Shown here: positions 8,472 to 17,283 of the stretch, piece by piece
How the letters are laid out: each line of letters begins with the position of its first letter
Numbering within the stretch: the first letter of the stretch is position 1
NCBI GenBank assembly: GCA_031372565.1
Contig: JANMLN010000058.1
Span: 1 to 56,135, forward strand
DNA length: 56,135 nt
Reading direction: 5' to 3'
From: Gemmatimonadota bacterium
Lineage (GTDB): Bacteria; Gemmatimonadota; Gemmatimonadetes; Gemmatimonadales; Gemmatimonadaceae
Translations under genes and position numbers: made by a program
Notes under the pieces: model-generated
The model's database searches: none
The model's input: only the letters and a program-made list of their open reading frames with translations
Told to the model about the DNA's origin: nothing

Positions 8472-9646
8472 GGCTGCCGGACCGTGGCGGGCGCGGGACC
8501 ACCGTTCACGAGCCACGCGTACAGGGCGGTCATGTCGCGCGCGACGCTTGTCCAGCCGAGATGCGCGGCGGCGTAGGCGCGGCCGCGCGCGCCCATCTGC
8601 GCGCGGGTGGCGTCGTTGCCGTCGACGCACGCCGCGGTGATCGCGGCGGCGAGTGCCTCGGGCGTGGGCGCGGCCCGCCATCCGCACTGTTCATCTTCCA
8701 GCTGCGGCCAGGGCGTCGTGGTGGTGGCAATGACCGGGCGCGCGGCGGCGAGCGCTTCGGCGACCACGCCACCGAAGCTCTCCGTGAGCGAGGGCAACAC
8801 GAGCACATCACTGGCGGCAAGGGCGTCCCACTTCGCGGCGTCGTCGAGGGCACCGGCGAGCGTCACGGTCGCGCTGACCCGCGCATCGTCGATGGCGCGC
8901 CGAAGGACGGCGGCGTAACCGTCCTCGTCTGGCCCCGCGATCACGAGTCGCCAGCCTGGTGGTGCGGCGCGGCGCCACGCCTCGATGAGGAGCGTGAGTC
9001 CCTTGACGGCCACCAGTCGGCCGATGAACAGCAGTTGGCGCTCTGGTCGATTGGCGGCCGGAGCCTCGACCGTGGCGGGCAGCACCACGCCGTTCGGAAT
9101 CATGGCGACGGGCAAGCCGAGCCCGAGGGCCGCCAGCGTGCTCGCTTCACCGGCAGAGGTGGCGTGCAGGCAGCGGGCCCGCGCGAGGTCGCGTCGCGCC
9201 CAGAGCGCCCAGGCGACGCGCTTGCGCCCGCCGCGATGGTGCCGAGCCATGCCTTCGAGCATGCCGCGTGGGCTGACGAGGAGCGGCACACGCAGCGATG
9301 CGGCGCACTGCGCCATGGCATGATTGGTGGGCCGCCACACGCCGTGGTCGTGCAGCACCACGGGGCCTCCAGCGCGCGCACGCGACTCGAGGGCACGCCG
9401 GAACTGTGGCGTCCAGAGCGCGAGTCCCTTGCGGTCGAACACTCCGGGGACCGTCGTGACGGTGACGCGCGGATCGCGCGGGCGCATCATGGCGTCGCCG
9501 GGCGCGTCATTGGCTGCGGTCACGATGTCGATCGCCAGTCCCTGCTCGACCAGCGCATCCGCGAGTGCGGGAATCGATCGCGCGGGGCCGCCGTAGCTCG
9601 CGCGCAGGCTGAGTGCGGCGTGCACGATGCGCAAGGAGGGGGTCAC
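8468..9646 (-). CDS. Glycosyltransferase family 4
   Basis: GGP..S, SPRGML, LFIGRL..VKG and ESFGGVVAEAL. GTGA overlap start. Confidence 0.9.
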   Translation of the reverse strand: MTPSLRIVHAALSLRASYGGPARSIPALADALVEQGLAIDIVTAANDAPGDAMMRPRDPRVTVTTVPGVFDRKGLALWTPQFRRALESRARAGGPVVLHDHGVWRPTNHAMAQCAASLRVPLLVSPRGMLEGMARHHRGGRKRVAWALWARRDLARARCLHATSAGEASTLAALGLGLPVAMIPNGVVLPATVEAPAANRPERQLLFIGRLVAVKGLTLLIEAWRRAAPPGWRLVIAGPDEDGYAAVLRRAIDDARVSATVTLAGALDDAAKWDALAASDVLVLPSLTESFGGVVAEALAAARPVIATTTTPWPQLEDEQCGWRAAPTPEALAAAITAACVDGNDATRAQMGARGRAYAAAHLGWTSVARDMTALYAWLVNGGPAPATVRQP

Positions 9647-10662
9647 GCGCGCCTCGACGCACGCGCCGCCACGGCGCGGTAGAGGGCGTCCCACGCGGGA
9701 GCGACCGCAGCAGGCGTGAAGCGCTCCGCGTTCGCGCGGCCGGTCGCCACGCGGGCATCGCGCGCCGCGCCGGGGGTGAGCGCGTCGCGCACGCCCGAGG
9801 CAATCGATGCGACGTCGAGCGGGTCCACGAGCCAGGCCGCGCCACCGGCGGTCTCGCGCATCGGGGCACGGTCACTCGTGACGACCGGCCGCCCGATCGC
9901 CTGCGCCTCGATGATCGGCAGGCCAAAGCCCTCGTAGAGCGACGGGAAGAGCACCACGTGCGCGCGGCGATACTGGTCGAGCAGCGCATCTGCGTCCAGG
10001 CGATCGTGCTGCTCGAGCGACAGGTGCGCGTCGTCTGCCGCGCGCCGCTGCGCCGCATCGAGGGCGCCGATCACGACCACGCGCACCCCGAGTCCGTCGA
10101 GTGCCGCGAGGGATCGCGTCACGTTCTTGTTGGGCGTGGTGCCGATGATGAGCACGCGGGGATCGCCCGCAGGCACCGGGCTCCACGCCGCGGCGTAGCG
10201 TGGGTCAACCGCTGGAGGCAGGATGGCGATCTCGTCGCGCGCCCGCCCGGTGAGCGCGGCCACACGATCAGCGGTGAACGCCGAGATCGCACTCAGGGTC
10301 ACGCCGCGCCACGCTGGCAGCAGCAACCACCCGAACCGGATCAGTGCGCGCCTGAGGGCGCTCGGCGACGTCTCGTGTACGCAATCGAGCACCGTCACGA
10401 TGGTGCGGGCCGGATCCGTCATGATGCCGGCGAAGGTGATGTCGCCGAGGACGTGGATCAGGTCGGCCTGCTCGCGAGCAGCGGCCTGCACGATTGCCAG
10501 GCGATCCAAGACACCGCGACTCTCGCGCGGAGCGATGGCCAGTCGGATGTCCGCGGCAGGGGCGAGTGCCGCGCGCACCAGCGCGAAGCTCTGCTCGACC
10601 GAGAAGTTGGCGAGCCGGCGCGGCCGACGCTGAAAATGCACGACGTGCAGGGCGGGGCTCAC
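9643..10662 (-). CDS. Glycosyltransferase family 4
   Basis: NKN, FPSLYEGFGLPIIEAQ and ETAG.A.LVDP. Start at GTG 10662 is inferred. Confidence 0.9.
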   Translation of the reverse strand: MSPALHVVHFQRRPRRLANFSVEQSFALVRAALAPAADIRLAIAPRESRGVLDRLAIVQAAAREQADLIHVLGDITFAGIMTDPARTIVTVLDCVHETSPSALRRALIRFGWLLLPAWRGVTLSAISAFTADRVAALTGRARDEIAILPPAVDPRYAAAWSPVPAGDPRVLIIGTTPNKNVTRSLAALDGLGVRVVVIGALDAAQRRAADDAHLSLEQHDRLDADALLDQYRRAHVVLFPSLYEGFGLPIIEAQAIGRPVVTSDRAPMRETAGGAAWLVDPLDVASIASGVRDALTPGAARDARVATGRANAERFTPAAVAPAWDALYRAVAARASRRA

Positions 10663-10666
10663 CGGA

Positions 10667-12124
10667 TCAAGCAACCTCAGTGGGCACGGCTGAACGCGGT
10701 CCTCGCCGCCCCAGCGCCCCCAGCTGTACCAGCAGGCGGTCGAGCAGCAGTGCGGCCGCGCCGATGAACAGGATGGTCGTGAGCCCCACGCCGAGCATGC
10801 GGTCCCACGACCGCTCGAACAGGTAGATCGCCAACCAGAACGAGATGGCCGTGGCGCCAGTGGCGATATCCACGTGCACGAAGAGCCGCCACATCCGCTT
10901 GTACAGCCAGCCAAAGCCGAGACCGAGCAGGGCGATCGGCACGAGCAGCAGCGGCATGCCGAAGTCCACGTACGACTCCGCCACGTAGCCGAAGGCGATC
11001 GACGTGTTGCTTTCGGCGCCGGCGACGTTGAGTCCGGCGTACCGCCGCACCTTGTCGGAGTCGGAGCTGAGCCCGCCCTTGTCGCTGAAGAAGAAGCGGG
11101 GCGTGACCACGTGGATGATCGCGTTGAGCAGGAAGGCACCACCGGTGTGCGCGACCTCGCGCGGAACCCGCTTCAGCGCGAACGAGGGGTAGTAGACCTG
11201 CCAGAGACGATCCACGGTTTTCCGGACGGAGGCCTTGACGGCCGGTACGCCGCGATCGATCCACTCGTACGCAAGCTGCTCGACGAGCGCGACCTTCTCG
11301 TCCCGGGACGCCGCCAACCGCACATCCTGATCCTGCGCTTCGCGAAAATCGCTCTTGATACCGGTCCAGATCAGGCTGGTCGCTGCCATGGACAGCGCAA
11401 TGCCGCCGGCCGTCAACCAGTGCGACAGCTTCCGTCGGTCAAACGCTTCGATGAGCGCCAACGCGGCAATGATGATGACCTCGCGAAAGCTGGCGAAGTA
11501 GGAGGCCATGCCGAGGGCGATCTCGAAGGCCAGGAGCAGGGCGAACCAGCCCGGACGGAGGGTCGGTCGCAGCAGCCGGCGGAAGAGCAGGTACAAGACG
11601 GCGAGGCGCCCGAAGGCGAGGAAGACGGCGCCCTGATAGAGACCTGCGAACGCGCCGAAGTTGAGGGTAAGCTCCAGGAACAGGGCGGGCACGATGGTGG
11701 CCAGTACGTACACGAGGATCAACTGCTTCCAGCTGAGCGCCGATTCGATCGCGCCCTCGCGCGGGCGGACGCCGCGCATGCCGAGTCGCATGCCGAGCGC
11801 GAGCGCCAGAAGCGCCACCAGCGAGAGCTCCACCATCGGTCGCCAGTCGGCGTCGATCGATGTCTCGACCACATCGCCGGTGAACGCCATGTAGACCAGC
11901 CCAGCCGATACCTGCGCCCACTGGTAGGTCCAGGCGACGGCGAGGACCGGCGTGCCGGGTCCACCGCGCAGCAGGCGCCACCCGAGCAGCAATGCGCCAA
12001 GCGCACACGGGACCAGCCAGTCGCTGGTGTACGCCCAGGTGCCGACGAGGAGCACGAACACGATCGCGCCTTCGGGCACGCCAATGCGGGTCGCTCGCGG
12101 GATGGGCGGGGCGGCGGTGGTCAT
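10667..12124 (-). CDS. Polytopic membrane protein, probable Wzy polymerase
   Basis: About 10-11 TM segments with a large loop in the C-terminal half (PRFF..K, GYVAESYVDFG). Directly follows wzx. Confidence 0.7.
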   Translation of the reverse strand: MTTAAPPIPRATRIGVPEGAIVFVLLVGTWAYTSDWLVPCALGALLLGWRLLRGGPGTPVLAVAWTYQWAQVSAGLVYMAFTGDVVETSIDADWRPMVELSLVALLALALGMRLGMRGVRPREGAIESALSWKQLILVYVLATIVPALFLELTLNFGAFAGLYQGAVFLAFGRLAVLYLLFRRLLRPTLRPGWFALLLAFEIALGMASYFASFREVIIIAALALIEAFDRRKLSHWLTAGGIALSMAATSLIWTGIKSDFREAQDQDVRLAASRDEKVALVEQLAYEWIDRGVPAVKASVRKTVDRLWQVYYPSFALKRVPREVAHTGGAFLLNAIIHVVTPRFFFSDKGGLSSDSDKVRRYAGLNVAGAESNTSIAFGYVAESYVDFGMPLLLVPIALLGLGFGWLYKRMWRLFVHVDIATGATAISFWLAIYLFERSWDRMLGVGLTTILFIGAAALLLDRLLVQLGALGRRGPRSAVPTEVA

Positions 12125-13647
12125 CTGTTCGAGGGACGCAGTCCGAGCCAGCGGAGCAACGTCGCACCGCCGCGCAGCCGTCCGAGCAGGTCGCGCAAGA
12201 CGACGGGGAAGCCCACGCGCAGCCCAAGGAGCGCGGCCAGCAGGAAGCACGGAAGGGCGATCGCCAACTGCGCGCCGGGAGGCATCGCCCCGAGCCGCGC
12301 CTGTAGCGCCAGCACGGCAGAGGCGCCAGCGCCTGCGGCCGTGATGCCGGGTGCCAAGGTCGCCCAGGCCCAACCCGGGCCGAAGTGTCGCGACGCAGCC
12401 GATATCGCGACCGTGCCGGCCACCAGCTCTGCGCCGCAGGCAAGCCACGCGAACCGCTCAAGCGACGTTCCGGCGAGTGTGGCCAGCACGGTCGGCGTGA
12501 TCAGCATCGCCTCGACCGCCGCCAGCATGAGGGTCGCGCGCAGCCGCGAGGCCGCCTGCACGACCAACAGCCCCGCCTGCAAGGCGGCCAGGCCGAGTCC
12601 CGCGAGCGCCGCTGGCCAGATGAGCGGATCGGCGGCCACCCATTTGGAACCGTAGAGCACCCGGGACAGCTGCGGCCCCAGCAGCCCGACGAGCACGGCG
12701 GCTGGCATCGCGGCAAGGAGCGCGGTTTGCACGAAGAGCGTGCTGTGACGCGCGAACGTTGGTGCATGGCTCGCGCTGCGCGGCAGCAGGGGGTAGACGG
12801 TATCGCGCAGGATGTTGCCGACACGGCCGGCGGTCTGCGCGTGCAGTCCCATCGCCCGTCCCAGCAGGCCGATGGCGCCGAAGCCCAACGTGCCGGGCAG
12901 CACCGCTGCCTCGAGGGCGCCGCGCGCACTCGCGAGCGTTGCCAAGCTCATCTGCTGGCCACCGAAGCGCAGCGAGTCGGCGTGCTGCCGCCACTCCGGC
13001 CAACGGAACCAGGGACCAGCGGGCCGCCACCGCCGGATCACCAGCAGGTAGATCGGCAGCGGCATCAATCCGGCCACCTGTGCACCGATGACGATCGCGT
13101 ACGCGCCGAACCCGGAGAGGCCCAGCACCACCGTCGTGGTGGTGTTGGCAAGGCTGCTCAGCACGATGCCAAGACGCGAGCGACGGAAGTCGAGCTCGCG
13201 CTGGAGCAACTGGTACGCGAAGAGGTGCGGAAGGTTGAGCAGGCAGCCGATCGACCCGATGTGCAGGAGCGGCGCCGCAGGTCGGTAGGCGGGCAGCAGC
13301 CAGTACACCCCCGCCACGGCGTTGGCGGCGAGAAAGAGGCCGCCTTGCAGCACGAAGGCGGCATGCCAGTGCAGCGTCCAATCAGGCTCTTCGCCGTCCG
13401 GTAGCTGGAGCACGTGTCCAAGCATGCCGGCCGCGCTGAACGCCGTGAGGAGAACCAGCACGCTGGTGGCCGCCGTCGCCCGGCCGTAGTCCGCCGGCGA
13501 AATGATGCGGACCAGCAGGAGCATGGCGGCGAAGTTGAACGCCGTTTGCGCCACTTCACTGAACACGTTCCACGCCACGCCGCGTGACAGGACGGTGCGC
13601 CGCACCGTGCGCGGGGTGGGCCGCGGACCGCCAACCGGGGCGTTCAT
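12121..13647 (-). CDS. Wzx-type oligosaccharide flippase
   Basis: GVAWN, L.RIISPADYG, LQRELDFR and LYGSKW, with ~12-14 TM helices. Confidence 0.88.
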   Translation of the reverse strand: MNAPVGGPRPTPRTVRRTVLSRGVAWNVFSEVAQTAFNFAAMLLLVRIISPADYGRATAATSVLVLLTAFSAAGMLGHVLQLPDGEEPDWTLHWHAAFVLQGGLFLAANAVAGVYWLLPAYRPAAPLLHIGSIGCLLNLPHLFAYQLLQRELDFRRSRLGIVLSSLANTTTTVVLGLSGFGAYAIVIGAQVAGLMPLPIYLLVIRRWRPAGPWFRWPEWRQHADSLRFGGQQMSLATLASARGALEAAVLPGTLGFGAIGLLGRAMGLHAQTAGRVGNILRDTVYPLLPRSASHAPTFARHSTLFVQTALLAAMPAAVLVGLLGPQLSRVLYGSKWVAADPLIWPAALAGLGLAALQAGLLVVQAASRLRATLMLAAVEAMLITPTVLATLAGTSLERFAWLACGAELVAGTVAISAASRHFGPGWAWATLAPGITAAGAGASAVLALQARLGAMPPGAQLAIALPCFLLAALLGLRVGFPVVLRDLLGRLRGGATLLRWLGLRPSNR

Positions 13648-14687
13648 GCGGCCCCTCCGATGTCCGTGCGCGACGACCCGTAGCGGATGCGCGCGGCGAG
13701 TTGCTGCGACGGGGCCTCGACGGCGCGGTGCATCACCCACGCAGCGGCACACGAGACGATGAGGCTCACAAGCACCACGGCAGCGTTCGACCACGCACTT
13801 CGCCCAGCCCAGTGGACCGCGAAGTTCACCACGCGCCCGCCGATCGGTGCATGCACGAGGTACAGGGAGTACGAGAGCGTCCCCAAGAGCGCCAGGCGCG
13901 GGCGCCGGAGCTCGACGAACGCGATGACCAGCGCGGTCGATCCTGCCACGGCACCCTGCGCGGGGGTCGCGACGCTACCGACGACCAGTGCGCACGCCAC
14001 GACCGCCACTACGAAGATGCCACGCGGCGCTCGGCCGCTGCGATACGCATGAGCCAACATGCCGAGCGCGAACCACCCACCCCAGGCCGGGAGCCAGACG
14101 CGGGACTGGAACGCCAACGAGCACAGCGCGAATCCGCCGATGACGACGGCGCGCACCGCGCGATGCGGGCTCTGTGTGAAAGGAAAGACGAGCGCCATCG
14201 TGAGATAGAACTGGAACTCGAGCGCGAGGGTCCAGAAGGCGGGCACGGCCCACGGACGCCCGGCGATGTCGGCGAGATAGCCCAGATGCAGCGCGACCGC
14301 GACCCAGTCGACGTGAAACGGCTTGCCACGAAAGTTGGGCATCTGGGCTGAGAGCCATCCCAGACACAGCGCGAGCACCATCGTGACGAGGTACGGCGGA
14401 TCGATGCGCACATTGCGCTTGAGCACGAACCGGCCGGCATCCCGCCATCGATACCCGCCGCGCTCCAACGCGTACGGGATCACGAACCCCGAAATCACGA
14501 AGAAGACATCGACGCCCAGCCACCCCCAGATGCCCACGCGCTGCAACGGCTCGCCCGGCATGAGCGCGGGATTGCCGCTCGTGATATGAAACAGTGCGAC
14601 CGCGAGCGCCGCCGCGCCGCGCAGCGCATCGACGGTATGGAGCCGCTCGGCCGACGCGTGCACCGGCGTCTTCGCGGGCGTAGTCAC
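13644..14687 (-). CDS. Acyltransferase family 3 (OafA-like O-acyltransferase)
   Basis: DALRG.AA..V..H, GVDVFFVISGFV, WTLALEFQFYL and LGTLSYSLYLVH. Confidence 0.92.
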   Translation of the reverse strand: MTTPAKTPVHASAERLHTVDALRGAAALAVALFHITSGNPALMPGEPLQRVGIWGWLGVDVFFVISGFVIPYALERGGYRWRDAGRFVLKRNVRIDPPYLVTMVLALCLGWLSAQMPNFRGKPFHVDWVAVALHLGYLADIAGRPWAVPAFWTLALEFQFYLTMALVFPFTQSPHRAVRAVVIGGFALCSLAFQSRVWLPAWGGWFALGMLAHAYRSGRAPRGIFVVAVVACALVVGSVATPAQGAVAGSTALVIAFVELRRPRLALLGTLSYSLYLVHAPIGGRVVNFAVHWAGRSAWSNAAVVLVSLIVSCAAAWVMHRAVEAPSQQLAARIRYGSSRTDIGGAA

Positions 14688-16546
14688 AGCTGCACCGGCG
14701 TGAGGGGCCACGGCGTGCGGGCGACCGCCCGCGCGGCGGAGAGGTGCGCGGCCAGCGTTGCGTGATAGCGCTCGAACACCACCAGTGCGCCGATGACCTG
14801 CGCCGGCGCAGCCGCCGCGCGCTCCCAGTCCTCCAGCACGCGCGCCACCGCCCCGGGGGCAAACGCCGCGTGGTGCTGCGCATCGGTGCGCCGGAGCAGG
14901 TCACCAATCACCTCGCGCACGCCGGCGGCGCGCCACGCCTGCGCGTCGTCGGTAAAGCCGCGCGACATGGGCGCGAGGGGGACACCCAGCGCGGCCGCGC
15001 CACGCCGCGCGATGCGGTGCAGCACGCGACGCCCGCGAGCCGCGGTCAGCCGCCATGCCGGGCTGCCGACCGGGAGTCCGGTCTTCTGGTTGGGAATCCC
15101 GGCGAACAGCGCGGGGTAGCGCGAGCGCAGCCAGTGCGCCTGCAGCATCCGGTCGCCGCGCCACTCGGGAGCGAGGCCCTGCACGAAATCCACCAGGGCG
15201 GTCGAGAGAAACGGCCGACGCACCCGTACCCACGGTCGCCAGAGCGCTCCATGACAGAAGTTCGTGCTCTGCGGCAGCTTGTCGTCGAACAGGGCGAAGC
15301 GCGCTGGTGCGCCGTCGAGCGCCGCGATCATCGCGGCGGCGCGCGCGCGGGCCACGTCGTGCGGCTCGCCGAGCACACCGCCGTAATACGGCAGCGCATC
15401 GAGCACATCATCGGCCGTCGCGATCGCGTTGAACGTCGGACCCACGACCGCATCCCCGATGTAGCCACTGATCAGCGCGTCCGTGTGCGCGCGCATCCAC
15501 GGCAGTGCCTCGGCGTGCATCAGGTCGCCCAACTCGATGAGGCCGTCGGTGTGCTGCACCTGCGACAGCCGATCCTCCAGCCAGCCGGCGTGCCCGCCGT
15601 GGTACAACGGCTGAAAGGTCCACGCGGCGCCCGCCACGCGCGCGGCGCGCTCGGCGAAGCGCGCATCATCGCATCCCGGTACGCCGTAGGTGAGCGCGGG
15701 CCATCCCGTGCGCAGTGGCGCGGCCTCGCCAAGGATGGCGCGACTGTCGAGTCCGCCCGACAAGGTCTGTCCCGCGCGCGCGACGCCATCAAGCCGCGTC
15801 GCCACCGCGCGCCGCCACAACGTGTGCAGCTGTTCGACCGCCTCCGGCATGTCACGCGCGGTCGTCGTCGGCAGGTCGCGCCAGTGCCACCAGCGTGACC
15901 GGTGCACGACGCGCGCGGGCTGCACCTGCACGCGCTGCGCGGCGCCGACCAGCATCACGTCGCGCACGTTGGTCCGGTCGCCCAAGCGAAACCCACCGTA
16001 GCTCACCGCGTCGCGGAGCGCGTCGAGGTCGGGCTGAGGCTGCGCGCTGCGCGCGGCCAGCACGCCACGCACCCCGGTGGCCAGCGCGACGCCGGTGGCG
16101 TCGACGCCCAGAAACACCGGGACCGATCCGAAGCGATCGGTGCACACGACCAAGCTCCGGGTGCGACGGTCCCACTGGAGCAGGACGAACTCTCCGTCGA
16201 GGGCGCGCAGCGTGCGGTCGGCATCCGCCTCGAACGCGTGCGCCAGTGCACGACGGAACGCCGCCGTGCGTGAGTGCGTCGCGCGCAGCTCGGGCCACAG
16301 CGGTGACTCATAGACTTCGCCGAGCAGCCACGTGAGGCGCGAGCCGTCCGCACTCTCGACGGGTGCGTACTGCGACGCGACCTCCACGTCGGTGCCAAGC
16401 TCGAGCAGGCCGAGGACGAGCGGGCCGTCCTGCCACCACGCCGCCCCTTGTCCGCTGTGCACGCGCAGCGCTGCTCCCATGGCGGTCGCGACGGTCGGCG
16501 CGTCGGCACGCTCGGTCGAGGGCAACCACGCGAAGAAGCCGCTCAT
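14684..16546 (-). CDS. Asparagine synthase (AsnB)-like amidotransferase/ligase, non-canonical N-terminus
   Basis: LDGEF, DRFG, LSGGLDSR, G..GD and R.PFL. Begins MSG rather than MCG. Confidence 0.82.
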   Translation of the reverse strand: MSGFFAWLPSTERADAPTVATAMGAALRVHSGQGAAWWQDGPLVLGLLELGTDVEVASQYAPVESADGSRLTWLLGEVYESPLWPELRATHSRTAAFRRALAHAFEADADRTLRALDGEFVLLQWDRRTRSLVVCTDRFGSVPVFLGVDATGVALATGVRGVLAARSAQPQPDLDALRDAVSYGGFRLGDRTNVRDVMLVGAAQRVQVQPARVVHRSRWWHWRDLPTTTARDMPEAVEQLHTLWRRAVATRLDGVARAGQTLSGGLDSRAILGEAAPLRTGWPALTYGVPGCDDARFAERAARVAGAAWTFQPLYHGGHAGWLEDRLSQVQHTDGLIELGDLMHAEALPWMRAHTDALISGYIGDAVVGPTFNAIATADDVLDALPYYGGVLGEPHDVARARAAAMIAALDGAPARFALFDDKLPQSTNFCHGALWRPWVRVRRPFLSTALVDFVQGLAPEWRGDRMLQAHWLRSRYPALFAGIPNQKTGLPVGSPAWRLTAARGRRVLHRIARRGAAALGVPLAPMSRGFTDDAQAWRAAGVREVIGDLLRRTDAQHHAAFAPGAVARVLEDWERAAAAPAQVIGALVVFERYHATLAAHLSAARAVARTPWPLTPVQL

Positions 16547-17283
16547 GCGGCCGGCCTCGGCAACGGTCGCTGCGCGACGATGCCCGTGTGGAGCGCGCAC
16601 CACTTGAGCAGCGGGTGCCATGCCGCGGCATCCAGTGCAGCGAAACGGATCGGCGATCGACCGGGGAACGGACAGTAGTGGCCACTGCCGCGCGTCTGCT
16701 CGATGTGCAGCCCGGCAGCACGGACCCAGCCGATCGTGCGTGGCAAGGTCGTGAACTGCGCGACCGGTTGGCCGCCCTCGTCGTACCGACGTCCTCGCAG
16801 TCGCAGGTAGCCGCGGTAGAGTCCGGTCGCGTTGAGGTACGAGGGTGCGGTCAGGAAGAGCCGGCCGCCCGGCGCCAGCACGCGTGAGAGCTCACGCACG
16901 ACTGCGCCGGGATCGGTGACATGCTCGATCGTCTCACAGCAGATCACGGTGTGGAAGGTGGCGTCCGCAAAGGGAAGCCAAGCCACGTCGGCAGCTGGCC
17001 AACCGACCTCGCCCGTTGGCACGCTCCGCGCATGACGGAGCGCGGCAGGCGACAGGTCGCTGCCGATCAGCACCGCGTGACGACTGTGGTGCGCCAGCCA
17101 ATGGATGAGGGCCCCGCGTCCGCAGCCGGCCTCCAGCACGCGCTTGCCGTCGAGGTCGCGATCGCGATCGAGCACACGCTGCACCCACGCGTGCCACGGG
17201 TCGTCGGCCACCGGCGTTCCGGTCCACTTCTCATGGTACGCGTCGTACGCGCGCGCGATGTGCGTGATCGAATCAGGCGGCAT
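16543..17283 (-). CDS. Class I SAM-dependent methyltransferase
   Basis: VLEAGCGRG, LPFADATF, ETIEHV and RVLAPGG. Confidence 0.9.
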   Translation of the reverse strand: MPPDSITHIARAYDAYHEKWTGTPVADDPWHAWVQRVLDRDRDLDGKRVLEAGCGRGALIHWLAHHSRHAVLIGSDLSPAALRHARSVPTGEVGWPAADVAWLPFADATFHTVICCETIEHVTDPGAVVRELSRVLAPGGRLFLTAPSYLNATGLYRGYLRLRGRRYDEGGQPVAQFTTLPRTIGWVRAAGLHIEQTRGSGHYCPFPGRSPIRFAALDAAAWHPLLKWCALHTGIVAQRPLPRPAA

